Source: Candidatus Falkowbacteria bacterium | Lineage (GTDB): Bacteria; Patescibacteriota; Patescibacteriia; Patescibacteriales; UBA12465 | Direction of reading: 5' to 3' | DNA length: 64,000 nt | NCBI GenBank assembly: GCA_037134915.1 | Contig: JBAXLJ010000001.1 | Span: forward strand, 37,484-101,483 | Shown here: positions 26,788 through 35,092 of the stretch, piece after piece | How positions within the stretch are numbered: the stretch's first letter is position 1 | How the letters are laid out: each line of letters opens with the position of its first letter | Notes under the pieces: model-generated | Told to the model about the DNA's origin: nothing | Databases searched by the model: none | Seen by the model: the letters and a program-made list of their open reading frames with translations, nothing else | Translations under genes and position numbers: made by a program

Positions 26788-27222
26788 ATGACAACAATTG
26801 CAATTATTCTATTTATCATTCTTTGTCTATGTATTAGTTATATCACGATCAAGAAGCGGTTAATCCCATGGAGCGGGGGAGTGATGGTGTTAATGGGTGA
26901 CGATAACTTGGTCCCCATAGATTTTAGTGAAAGAACATTTGTATTAAATGATGGATGGAAAATAAAAGGATTTTTTCTTCCGGGCGCACTTAGACATAGT
27001 CTGCCAGATGTTCATGTTAGAGTAGAAAAAAGTGTATATTACAGATATGTCGAAAAAGATGGTGGCGTCTATGTTGTGCTCGACGAATGTCTGAGCGCAG
27101 AAAATATACACTCATATTTTATTTTAGATGTTACCTCTTCTTCTCCATGGAAAGGACAGTATGAAAAAGAGAGGAATGGCTGGAATCGCTATTACAAAAA
27201 CATTTCGTTTGAATTTAATTGA
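26788..27222 (+). CDS. Hypothetical membrane-anchored protein (144 aa)
   Basis: SD aggagga lies 7 nt upstream. N-terminal TM segment TIAIILFIILCLCISYITI. No recognisable motif. Confidence 0.6.
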   Translation: MTTIAIILFIILCLCISYITIKKRLIPWSGGVMVLMGDDNLVPIDFSERTFVLNDGWKIKGFFLPGALRHSLPDVHVRVEKSVYYRYVEKDGGVYVVLDECLSAENIHSYFILDVTSSSPWKGQYEKERNGWNRYYKNISFEFN

Positions 27223-27733
27223 AATTGTAAACATTAAAAAACGGGATGAGACAAATTATGAAAATGGAAAAGGTTTGGTAAATTAGAAATTGCGATTATG
27301 ATAGCTGTTAGATTGATTAGAGGGGCGCCTATAATAATTCTCGGAATAGGAATAATTTATGGATTATTTTATTAGTTAGACTATTAATTGGCTTGGGTTA
27401 ATTTGTTGTATAGAATTAGCCGTCTTGCAATGAGACGGCTTTTTTTATATCAATTTACTAAATGTTGAAAAATAACCACATTTTTAGCTGTATTTTTCCA
27501 ACTATAAGTTCTAAATGTATTACACAGCGGACCATTAGAAGCAAATTAAAAATATCCCAATAAAAAGGGGTATTTTTTTGGCGAGAATAAATTAACCTTG
27601 AAGAGAACGTTAACTAGTTGACAAATATTATAAAAAATGATAATGTATTATTAGTCATTTAAAATATAAACCTTGTTTTACGGAAGCGGTGCAACAAGTA
27701 TTAGGTTCAAAAGGAGAACCGAGCGATTAAAAA

Positions 27734-28204
27734 ATGAAAAATTCAGAGATTTTAGTGAATCTAGAAAAAGCATTTAATGCAACATTTAAAGAATCCTCTC
27801 CAAATTTTTTTGGTTCGGATCTTCAATCACAGGCTTTTGGTAGAATTCTTCAAGAAGTAACTCTTAGTAAAAACAGAACACATTATGCATTTACAGATCA
27901 AAATCGCGGCGGATCTTGGGCAACCTTTATATGCCCATGTTTGCCAGACGGATCAATACCCGTACTCGATTCATTGAGAGAGGGGGATAAAATAACTGTT
28001 TTATTACATTGGGGGATGAATTATGAATTTCTTGATGACCTTGTTACATGGGGTAGTCGCTCGGCGCACCCTTATAAGGTTGCTGGCGTAAACTACTCCG
28101 TGATAGAAGAATTTATTAATGAAAAGCAAACAAACTACTGCAGACTTTATTATGCAATTGAAAGATTTAAAACATCTGGCATCTGGGAGGTTGCCAAGTA
28201 CTAA
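27734..28204 (+). CDS. Hypothetical protein (156 aa)
   Basis: Has its own promoter (TTGACA 27618-27623, then TGaTAATGT), SD aaaggaga and a terminator at about 28213-28245. No recognisable motif. Confidence 0.6.
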   Translation: MKNSEILVNLEKAFNATFKESSPNFFGSDLQSQAFGRILQEVTLSKNRTHYAFTDQNRGGSWATFICPCLPDGSIPVLDSLREGDKITVLLHWGMNYEFLDDLVTWGSRSAHPYKVAGVNYSVIEEFINEKQTNYCRLYYAIERFKTSGIWEVAKY

Positions 28205-28275
28205 AAAGTTAAGGGCTCCTGTTTATATAAAATAAACCGGAGCCCTTTTCATATAAATTTACAGGGCAATCCGTT

Positions 28276-28301
28276 AAAAAAGTTTGCCAAGTTTTTTGAT
28301 T
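28276..28301 (+). repeat. 26-nt direct repeat, copy B (AAAAAAGTTTGCCAAGTTTTTTGATT)
   Basis: 24 of 26 positions match 25742-25767. Confidence 0.85.
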
Positions 28302-28443
28302 TATTACCAATAAAAAATAACTCCTAATTTAGGGGTTATTTTTACGTTATAGCCCGAAAAAGTATTAGATAATTGACAAAATATTATAAAAGTTATGTAA
28401 TATATTTACAGTTCCTTGAAATATTAATTTAAAAATAAAAATT

Positions 28444-29154
28444 ATGAGAAAAATTGGCTTTAGCCATGGCGACTCGTTTAAACTGCTAGATGTTAACACG
28501 GAGAAAAATATTCAGATATTGGCTGGCTGTGGTGGCAACTCTTTAGAAATAAATTGTCACACCGCAAAAGAGGCAGATAGTTTGGATAAACTTTTGCCCT
28601 ACATTAAAAGTTTTGAACGTCTATCTATCCATGCGCCAGTTAATGTCAGATATGTGTATAATCAGGAAATAAAGGCTCTTCTTAAAAAATTAGAATATTT
28701 TTATAATCGGGTTGGCGCGGAGCTTCTAGTAATACATCCCGACTTAGTTGACGATTGGTCAGTATTTGATGATTTAAATATGAATTTGGCCATTGAAAAT
28801 ATGGATGACCGCAAACAAAGTTTTAAAGATGTTGGTGATTTAAAGGATTTCTTTGATAAACATCCAGAGTGGTCCCTGGTTCTTGATTTAGGGCATTGCA
28901 AAGCCAACGACAAATCAATGGTTTTGGCTGAGAATATGATTTTGGCATTTCGAAATCGAATTGTTGAAATTCACCTAAGTGGTTATAAAAAATTCCACGA
29001 GCCCCTCCACCGGACCAAACAAAAAGATATTATCGCTTATTGCAAAGATTTATTGGTACCAATTATTATTGAAAGCGTCTTTGAAGTCAATGATGGTTTT
29101 GAAGGCTTAAAAAAAGAACTTGATTATATATTGCAGGAATTAAGTAACCTTTAA
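28444..29154 (+). CDS. Xylose-isomerase-like TIM-barrel / AP-endonuclease family 2 (endonuclease IV-like) protein
   Basis: The ordered motifs IGFSHG, SIHAPVNV, LVIHPD, LAIENMD, LDLGHC and EIHLSG mirror the metal-ligand pattern of Nfo-like enzymes. Confidence 0.6.
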   Translation: MRKIGFSHGDSFKLLDVNTEKNIQILAGCGGNSLEINCHTAKEADSLDKLLPYIKSFERLSIHAPVNVRYVYNQEIKALLKKLEYFYNRVGAELLVIHPDLVDDWSVFDDLNMNLAIENMDDRKQSFKDVGDLKDFFDKHPEWSLVLDLGHCKANDKSMVLAENMILAFRNRIVEIHLSGYKKFHEPLHRTKQKDIIAYCKDLLVPIIIESVFEVNDGFEGLKKELDYILQELSNL

Positions 29155-29223
29155 AAAGAATACCAAACTACGTGTAACCGCGTAGTTTTTTTTGTGTTAT
29201 AATATAAGAGCCAAATAAAAAAT

Positions 29224-29475
29224 ATGTCACTTTTTTCTGAACAAGTTTATAAAATAGTCGGCCAAATTCCTCAAGGAAAAACCCTAACTTATAAGCAGGT
29301 AGCCAAGCGCGCTGGCCATCCTTTGGCTTACCGGGCGGTGGGCAATATTTTAAATAAGAACCATGATAAGAACATTCCTTGTCACCGAGTGATTAGATCT
29401 AATGGAAACATTGGTGGTTATAATCGGGGCACTAAAATAAAAAAGCAAATTCTCAAAAGAGAAGGAGCAATTTAA
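29224..29475 (+). CDS. Stand-alone methylated-DNA-protein-cysteine methyltransferase domain (MGMT/Ogt C-terminal domain)
   Basis: Active-site motif IPCHRVIRSNGNIGGY. Only 83 aa, so no N-terminal domain. Confidence 0.8.
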   Translation: MSLFSEQVYKIVGQIPQGKTLTYKQVAKRAGHPLAYRAVGNILNKNHDKNIPCHRVIRSNGNIGGYNRGTKIKKQILKREGAI

Positions 29476-29484
29476 AAACTATTT

Positions 29485-29713
29485 ATGCAACAATCTCTGT
29501 CGCTAATACTTTTATATGCTGGGTATGCCTTTTTTGCCTTATAGTTTTAGGCGTGAAAACATTGCCGTGGCCTCGACTATTTTTGTAATTTTTAACGTAG
29601 TTACGCTGTCTGTTTTTAGCTGGTTATATTTTAAAGAGGCATTGACTCCTTTTCAAATCATTGGCATAATTATAGACCTAGTTTCAGTTATTTTTTTGGA
29701 GCTCGGACGATAG
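29485..29713 (+). pseudogene. Truncated or frameshifted small multidrug resistance (SMR/EmrE-like) gene remnant
   Basis: ATG at 29485 gives MQQSLSLILLYAGYAFFAL and then a stop. A second frame (29516-29713) encodes only the last two SMR-like TM helices, ...FSWLYFKEALTPFQIIGIIIDLVSVIFLE. Confidence 0.5.
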
Positions 29714-29753
29714 CCGCGGTAATTCAATTAATTAATATAATAAATAATTTTTT

Positions 29754-30332
29754 ATGAAGACTTTAATAATATACGCTCATCCCACCCACCTCGGCCATCA
29801 TGGTTACTTTTTAGAAGAACTCAAGATAGTTCTAAATAATAAAAAAATAGACTATGAGATTTTAGATTTGTATGCTTTAAATTATGATCCAATTTTAAGA
29901 GCGGAGGAGCTTAACTTTTCACCAGACCACAAAATAAGCGAGATTACTAAAAATTATCAAGAAAAGGTGACGGCGGCCGACAATTTGATTTTTATTTATC
30001 CGACTTGGTGGCAGGGGGTGCCCGCTATTTTGAAAGGTTTTATTGACCGAACTTTTGCGGCGGGGTTTGCTTTTAAATATCAGAATAAGATGCCTAAAGG
30101 CTTACTGACGGGAAAAAGAGCGGCCGTTTTCTCAGCTACTGGTGCGGCTAAAATAGTTAATAAATTTATTGTGGGCGACAAGGGAATGAAGATGATGTTA
30201 AATAATGTTTTAAGGTTTTGCGGTTTTGAGGCCAAAGGTTTTTCGGTGGGCTCGGCTAGAGATTTAAATGATCGCCAGAAGAAGCTAATTATTAGCGAGG
30301 TTAGTAAGTTAGTTCTGTATCTATATAAATAA
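29754..30332 (+). CDS. Flavodoxin-like fold NAD(P)H dehydrogenase (quinone) family protein
   Basis: Motifs MKTLIIYAHP and FIYPTWWQGVPAILKGFIDR. Confidence 0.8.
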   Translation: MKTLIIYAHPTHLGHHGYFLEELKIVLNNKKIDYEILDLYALNYDPILRAEELNFSPDHKISEITKNYQEKVTAADNLIFIYPTWWQGVPAILKGFIDRTFAAGFAFKYQNKMPKGLLTGKRAAVFSATGAAKIVNKFIVGDKGMKMMLNNVLRFCGFEAKGFSVGSARDLNDRQKKLIISEVSKLVLYLYK

Positions 30333-31460
30333 ATGAAACTGCTTAAAAAATTACTACTTATAATTTTATTTTTTGGACTTAGCGTCTCATCTGTGCGGGC
30401 TGAGGCAACTAGTGCTGAGGTTTTGGATAAGCCGAAGACAGCCGAAGCCCAAGTCTTAAAGGTTTTAGATCAAAAAGAATCTTTTAGGGAAAACGGCTCG
30501 AAACTGGTTCAGCAGAATTTAGAATTAGGAATACTTACCGGTCCTCTTAAGGGACAAACAGAAACTTATACTGGCATTTCTGGAATTGATGTTGTGTCCT
30601 CGAATGTATATCATGTCAATGATAAAGTTTTGGTTAGTTATAATCGCGACGAGACTGGTCAATATGTCTTTTATGTGACCGATTATGTTAGAACCACCAG
30701 TCTTCTTTGGTTAACCTTGTTTTTTATTGCCGTGGTTTTACTTATTGGCGGTCGGACCGGAGTTATGGCCCTGGTTTCTTTGACTATTAGTTTTTTTGTA
30801 ATCATAAAAGTTTTAGTGCCTTTGGTTTTTGCTGGTTACGATCCTCTAGTAGTCGGTATTTTGGTTTCATTCTTAATTCTTTTTGCTTTGATATATTTAA
30901 CAGAGGGTTGGAACAAAAAATCACACATTTCAGTTCTAAGTATTGCTTTATCACTTATTATGACCGCTAGTTTGGCTTTGTTATTTGGTTATTTAAGCCG
31001 CTTATCGGGATCTTCTAACGAAGAAGTGGTCTTTTTAATTGACGCCATTAAAATCCCTATTAATTTCCATAATTTATTATTAGCGGCCATTATTATTGGA
31101 ACCCTAGGCGTTTTAGATGATGTAGTAGTTGGTCAGGTTGAATCAGTCGAACAGATAAGGTCGGCTAATCCTAATTTAAATAATGTACAGGTCTTTGCCA
31201 TGGCCATGAATATTGGTCGGGCTCATCTAGGGGCGATTATTAACACCTTATTTTTAGCCTATGTCAGCGCCGCTCTTCCCCTAATTTTATTGTTTAGTAT
31301 TCATCAGGAGCCATTTTTAACTGTATCACAAGTTATTAACAACGAAGATATTGCCACCGAGATAGTCAGAACCCTGGTTGGGGTAATTAGTTTATGTTTA
31401 TCCGCCCCAATTGCCACTTTTTTAGCGGTTAAGTACCTAAAGACAAAAACTTCGAAATAG
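30333..31460 (+). CDS. YibE/F-like integral membrane protein
   Basis: Signal peptide plus an extracytoplasmic N-terminal domain, followed by about 7 TM helices. The start abuts the previous stop. Confidence 0.6.
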   Translation: MKLLKKLLLIILFFGLSVSSVRAEATSAEVLDKPKTAEAQVLKVLDQKESFRENGSKLVQQNLELGILTGPLKGQTETYTGISGIDVVSSNVYHVNDKVLVSYNRDETGQYVFYVTDYVRTTSLLWLTLFFIAVVLLIGGRTGVMALVSLTISFFVIIKVLVPLVFAGYDPLVVGILVSFLILFALIYLTEGWNKKSHISVLSIALSLIMTASLALLFGYLSRLSGSSNEEVVFLIDAIKIPINFHNLLLAAIIIGTLGVLDDVVVGQVESVEQIRSANPNLNNVQVFAMAMNIGRAHLGAIINTLFLAYVSAALPLILLFSIHQEPFLTVSQVINNEDIATEIVRTLVGVISLCLSAPIATFLAVKYLKTKTSK

Positions 31461-31480
31461 TGTGATATAATAAAAATAGC

Positions 31481-32188
31481 ATGAGAAAAACAAAAAAAAT
31501 CAGAAAAATTTTTATATTTTTAGGGGCTCTTGATATTATCCTGATTATCATTACGCCTTTTTTAAAATTTACTTTTTTAAGTTTCTCGGAGGAATTTTCT
31601 GAGGCTGGCTTGACGGCGTTTTTAATCATTTTGATTGCCCTACTTTTTAGATTTTATCTTAAGGATATTGATAACTATAAACATCAGCAAGAGAACCTCG
31701 AAGAGCGTTTAAGAGACACTTTTAAGTATATTGGCTCAATTAATTTGCAACTTGAGGAGATGAAAAAAGTATTTTCCAACTTCAACAAATATCCGGAAAA
31801 TAAAAAAGATGTTCAAGCTCTTTTTATTCACACTGCTGAGCGTATTCTGGGGATAATTAATGCTGACTGGGTACTGCTAAGAATTGTCGATATTAATAAT
31901 GGTGGGACTTTGTACGAGTATTTTTGTTCTCGTGGCAACAAGAAGGTTGAGCGGATTAAGCTGGATAATCGAGCGCTGCTCGACGGAGTTTGTTCTTTTG
32001 GGTCTTGCTCAATAGTGAAATCAAATCAAGATAATTTTAATATTAAAGCTTACTGTGTTTTACCGGTTGAATCGGATAACAGCAATCAAGAATTTTTAAT
32101 TAATTCTATTGTTAATCAGCTGGAAATGTTTTTTATTATTTTTAATTCCTTATATTATAAAAGAAATAATAATCGAAAAATAATTTAA
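31481..32188 (+). CDS. Hypothetical membrane protein with a C-terminal soluble (possibly GAF-like) domain
   Basis: Two N-terminal TM helices. No diagnostic motif. Confidence 0.5.
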   Translation: MRKTKKIRKIFIFLGALDIILIIITPFLKFTFLSFSEEFSEAGLTAFLIILIALLFRFYLKDIDNYKHQQENLEERLRDTFKYIGSINLQLEEMKKVFSNFNKYPENKKDVQALFIHTAERILGIINADWVLLRIVDINNGGTLYEYFCSRGNKKVERIKLDNRALLDGVCSFGSCSIVKSNQDNFNIKAYCVLPVESDNSNQEFLINSIVNQLEMFFIIFNSLYYKRNNNRKII

Positions 32189-32201
32189 TAACTTAAAAAT
32201 T

Positions 32202-32474
32202 ATGCCCGCAAAAAAACAAACCAAAAAAGAGGAGCCACTAACCTCTGAACAATTTAAAGTTTATGGTCATGAGTTGCTGCAAAAGATTAAAGAACTTATT
32301 AAGAAAGGTAACATCCAGAGAATTATTATTAAAAACGAAAAGGGTAAAGTAATGATGGAAATTCCTGTTACTTTTGCTGCTGTTGGTGTTTTGGTGGCCC
32401 CAATTTTAGCCGCTGTTGGCGCCTTAGCGGCTCTAGTTAATAAATGCACCATCGAGGTTATTAAGAAAAAATAA
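32202..32474 (+). CDS. DUF4342-like small protein
   Basis: GNIQRIIIKNEKGKVMMEIPVTFAAVGVLVAPILAAVGALAALVNKCTIEV resembles the DUF4342 pattern as I recall it. Confidence 0.55.
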   Translation: MPAKKQTKKEEPLTSEQFKVYGHELLQKIKELIKKGNIQRIIIKNEKGKVMMEIPVTFAAVGVLVAPILAAVGALAALVNKCTIEVIKKK

Positions 32475-32484
32475 AATTAGCTAC

Positions 32485-32515
32485 AAAAAAAGACTGTCGA
32501 TTAACAGTCTTTTTT
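32485..32515. terminator. Bidirectional intrinsic terminator
   Basis: aaaaaAAGACTGTcgattaACAGTCTTtttt. Confidence 0.75.
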
Positions 32516-32522
32516 GTTGGCG

Positions 32523-33893
32523 TTATTGTTTTATGATAGCCAGAATTTCTTCTCTTTTAGCTTCCATTATCTGAAAGGTGACGGCTTCTAAGTTTAGGCG
32601 AACCTTATTTTCAGTATTAGAGGCGCGCACATTAAACCAGTAATCAGGGTATTTAACGGTTATTCCGTCTAAGAAATCTATTTGACCGTCAGAGTATTTA
32701 TCAGCCAATTCTTTGATGACAATCTCTTTGTTGTTTACTTCATTATTTATTTCTCCAGAGGAAAAATATTTTTCTAGTGGTTTTAAATAATCAGAAATTT
32801 TTTGTCCGCAGCCGGAAAATTCTTCGAGTAGTTTTCCAATTATAATGTTGGGCATTTCAAAACAGCCAATTGGTAAGTTAAGAAAAAAATGGCCAGATGA
32901 TTCGCCGGCGAAATAAAGGTTTTCTTTAAGCATTTGTTCTTTTATTAAAGAATGCCCCACTCGAGTGACCACGGGAATCCCGCCATTTTGAACAATCATA
33001 TCTTCGGTAATTTTTCCCGGTCTAACATCATAACCAATTTTACTGCCCGGTTTTACCTTTAAAAATATTTTAGAAAGTAGCCCTCGGATTATTGCTGGGC
33101 TAATAGTCTTTCCTTTATCATCGACAAAGAACACGCGATCACCGTCGCCGTCAGTTGCGATTCCTAAATCAGCCTCTTTCTCAATTATCATTTTTTGAAG
33201 CTGAGCCATATTTTCTTCTTTGAGCGGGTCAGCTTCGTGAGCCGGAAATGAGCCATCAAATTCAAAATTTAAAGGCAGTAGCACAATCGGTAGATTTTTG
33301 AATAACTCAAAAATATATTGAGCCCCCATTCCATTAGCCGTATCAATAACAATCTTTAGTGGTTTTATATTCTGGAGGTTGAAATACTGACAGTCGTGTT
33401 TTAATTGTTCTTGGGCAATATCTTTTTTGATTTCTAAAGAACCAGTTTTAAGTGACGGCTCAAAGGAATTGGCAATAATTTTATCCCTCATCCAGACTAA
33501 GCCGGTTTCGCCACTAACTGGAACAGCTTTGGCTCTGACAATTTTAAAACCATTCCACTCTCCAGGATTATGCGAGGCGGAAATCATAATTCCACCGTCT
33601 AAGTTATAACTTGAAACAGCAAAATAAAAAGCCGGAGTGGAGACTAGACCAAAGTCTGTCACGGAAACACCTTGAGAAAGAAGACCAGAAATTAATTTTT
33701 CTTTTAGTGCTGGTGATGAAACTCTCATGTCACAGCCGACGGCTAATTTAAGTGGTTGTAGGGGGTTATAGTCTGGGTCGCTCTGACGCAAGGCCACATA
33801 AGCTAAAGCGATTTGGTTAGCGGCGTCGTCGTCAAAATCAACACCATAAACACCCCTAACATCATAGGCTTTGAAAATATTTGGATTAATCAT
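32523..33893 (-). CDS. Phosphomannomutase/phosphoglucomutase
   Basis: Active-site motif SASHNPGEWNGFK, metal loop DGDGDR, and GESSGH. Confidence 0.92.
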   Translation of the reverse strand: MINPNIFKAYDVRGVYGVDFDDDAANQIALAYVALRQSDPDYNPLQPLKLAVGCDMRVSSPALKEKLISGLLSQGVSVTDFGLVSTPAFYFAVSSYNLDGGIMISASHNPGEWNGFKIVRAKAVPVSGETGLVWMRDKIIANSFEPSLKTGSLEIKKDIAQEQLKHDCQYFNLQNIKPLKIVIDTANGMGAQYIFELFKNLPIVLLPLNFEFDGSFPAHEADPLKEENMAQLQKMIIEKEADLGIATDGDGDRVFFVDDKGKTISPAIIRGLLSKIFLKVKPGSKIGYDVRPGKITEDMIVQNGGIPVVTRVGHSLIKEQMLKENLYFAGESSGHFFLNLPIGCFEMPNIIIGKLLEEFSGCGQKISDYLKPLEKYFSSGEINNEVNNKEIVIKELADKYSDGQIDFLDGITVKYPDYWFNVRASNTENKVRLNLEAVTFQIMEAKREEILAIIKQ

Positions 33894-35025
33894 ATTGATG
33901 GTTTTTAATAGTTAAAAATATAGCGCCTAGGCCATAAATTATAAATAAGAGAGTAATTAATCCACCGACGACGGGGATGGCGGCTGCCAAAACAAAAATC
34001 AGCAAGCCGATAATTAAAACTAAAAAAATATTAAGAGTCTTTTTAAAGATTCTTTTGAACAATAACTCGCCGACAAAAAAAGATGAAACAATTATTGATA
34101 AAAATAGGGCGATAAGATAGGTGGCTAGCAGCATTAAAGATAAAGGAATCCCAATAACCGTAAAAATGAAAAAAATAATTACTAACGGAGCGGCAATTAG
34201 AATTACTAAACCGATTAAGGCCGATTGCCAATATTTTTTTTCTAAATTGTTTGAAGCCTTATATATAACTTTTTTATTTAGACTAAGAATGACTAGACCA
34301 ATTAAAAATAGAGCCGCTAATTTATAGAATATTTTTGATAGAGCGGCCACCGGTGAGGCTTCTTTATTTTTGACTTCTTGGCGGACAATGGCGCCGACTA
34401 TAGATGAAGGGCTTTCAATTTTAGCGACTTGGTTAGCGGAATACGTAAGACCGCCGGCCACCACCGCATCTTTAGTTATGAGCAGGCCGCCCTGTCCCGA
34501 GGAGGTAGATTCAGGGTTTATTTTTAAATTAATATTTTTACCAATTTTCCCTGATATTTTAGCGGCACTGATATAGCCGTGTAAATTTCCAGAAATTATA
34601 CCATTAAAGACTCCATTAACTCCGGCGATTAGAACATCCCAGCCAACTTTTGAATTAGGGCTTAGATTTATTTCTGTCCCGAAAGCATTAACGTTGTGGT
34701 CAATCTGACCATTGATATTTAAGTTGGTCCCGGCAATTCGAGCACTGCCTTTTATTTCGCCATTTACAGTAATGTTGTTGCTAAAAGCAATTAAATCACC
34801 ATTAACCGTTCCGTTTACAGTTATGTTCTTACATAAAGCAATTAAATCACCATTAACTGTGCCATCGATAGTCATATCGCTGCAGCTAGCATAAACATTA
34901 CCATCGGCAATCTCTTCTTTGTTGAGTTTTACGGAATTATCAACCTTAACCTCAAAAGCGTAAGAAGCACTGAGGGGAACGGCCAGAAAAATGGCCAAGG
35001 CTAAAACAATAAATAATTTTTTCAT
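33886..35025 (-). CDS. Exported beta-helical repeat (bactofilin/LiaG-like) domain fused to a polytopic membrane domain
   Basis: Signal peptide MKKLFIVLALAIFLAVPLSASYA. Repeats are TIDGTVNGDLIALCKNITVNGTVNGDLIAFSNNITVNGEIKG. There are 4-5 C-terminal TM helices. The stop overlaps the pmm start by 8 nt. Confidence 0.65.
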   Translation of the reverse strand: MKKLFIVLALAIFLAVPLSASYAFEVKVDNSVKLNKEEIADGNVYASCSDMTIDGTVNGDLIALCKNITVNGTVNGDLIAFSNNITVNGEIKGSARIAGTNLNINGQIDHNVNAFGTEINLSPNSKVGWDVLIAGVNGVFNGIISGNLHGYISAAKISGKIGKNINLKINPESTSSGQGGLLITKDAVVAGGLTYSANQVAKIESPSSIVGAIVRQEVKNKEASPVAALSKIFYKLAALFLIGLVILSLNKKVIYKASNNLEKKYWQSALIGLVILIAAPLVIIFFIFTVIGIPLSLMLLATYLIALFLSIIVSSFFVGELLFKRIFKKTLNIFLVLIIGLLIFVLAAAIPVVGGLITLLFIIYGLGAIFLTIKNHQYD

Positions 35026-35092
35026 AAGGTTGTTAATTTAGGGAAATTAGTATATCTTATAGTAATAAACATTTAGATTATAGCCCAAAACA

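Noticed and set aside
27298-27375. 25-aa hydrophobic mini-ORF (MIAVRLIRGAPIIILGIGIIYGLFY) as an annotated gene.
   Set aside because: It has no convincing SD and is too short to judge from sequence alone. It is mentioned only within the finding on the long non-coding stretch.
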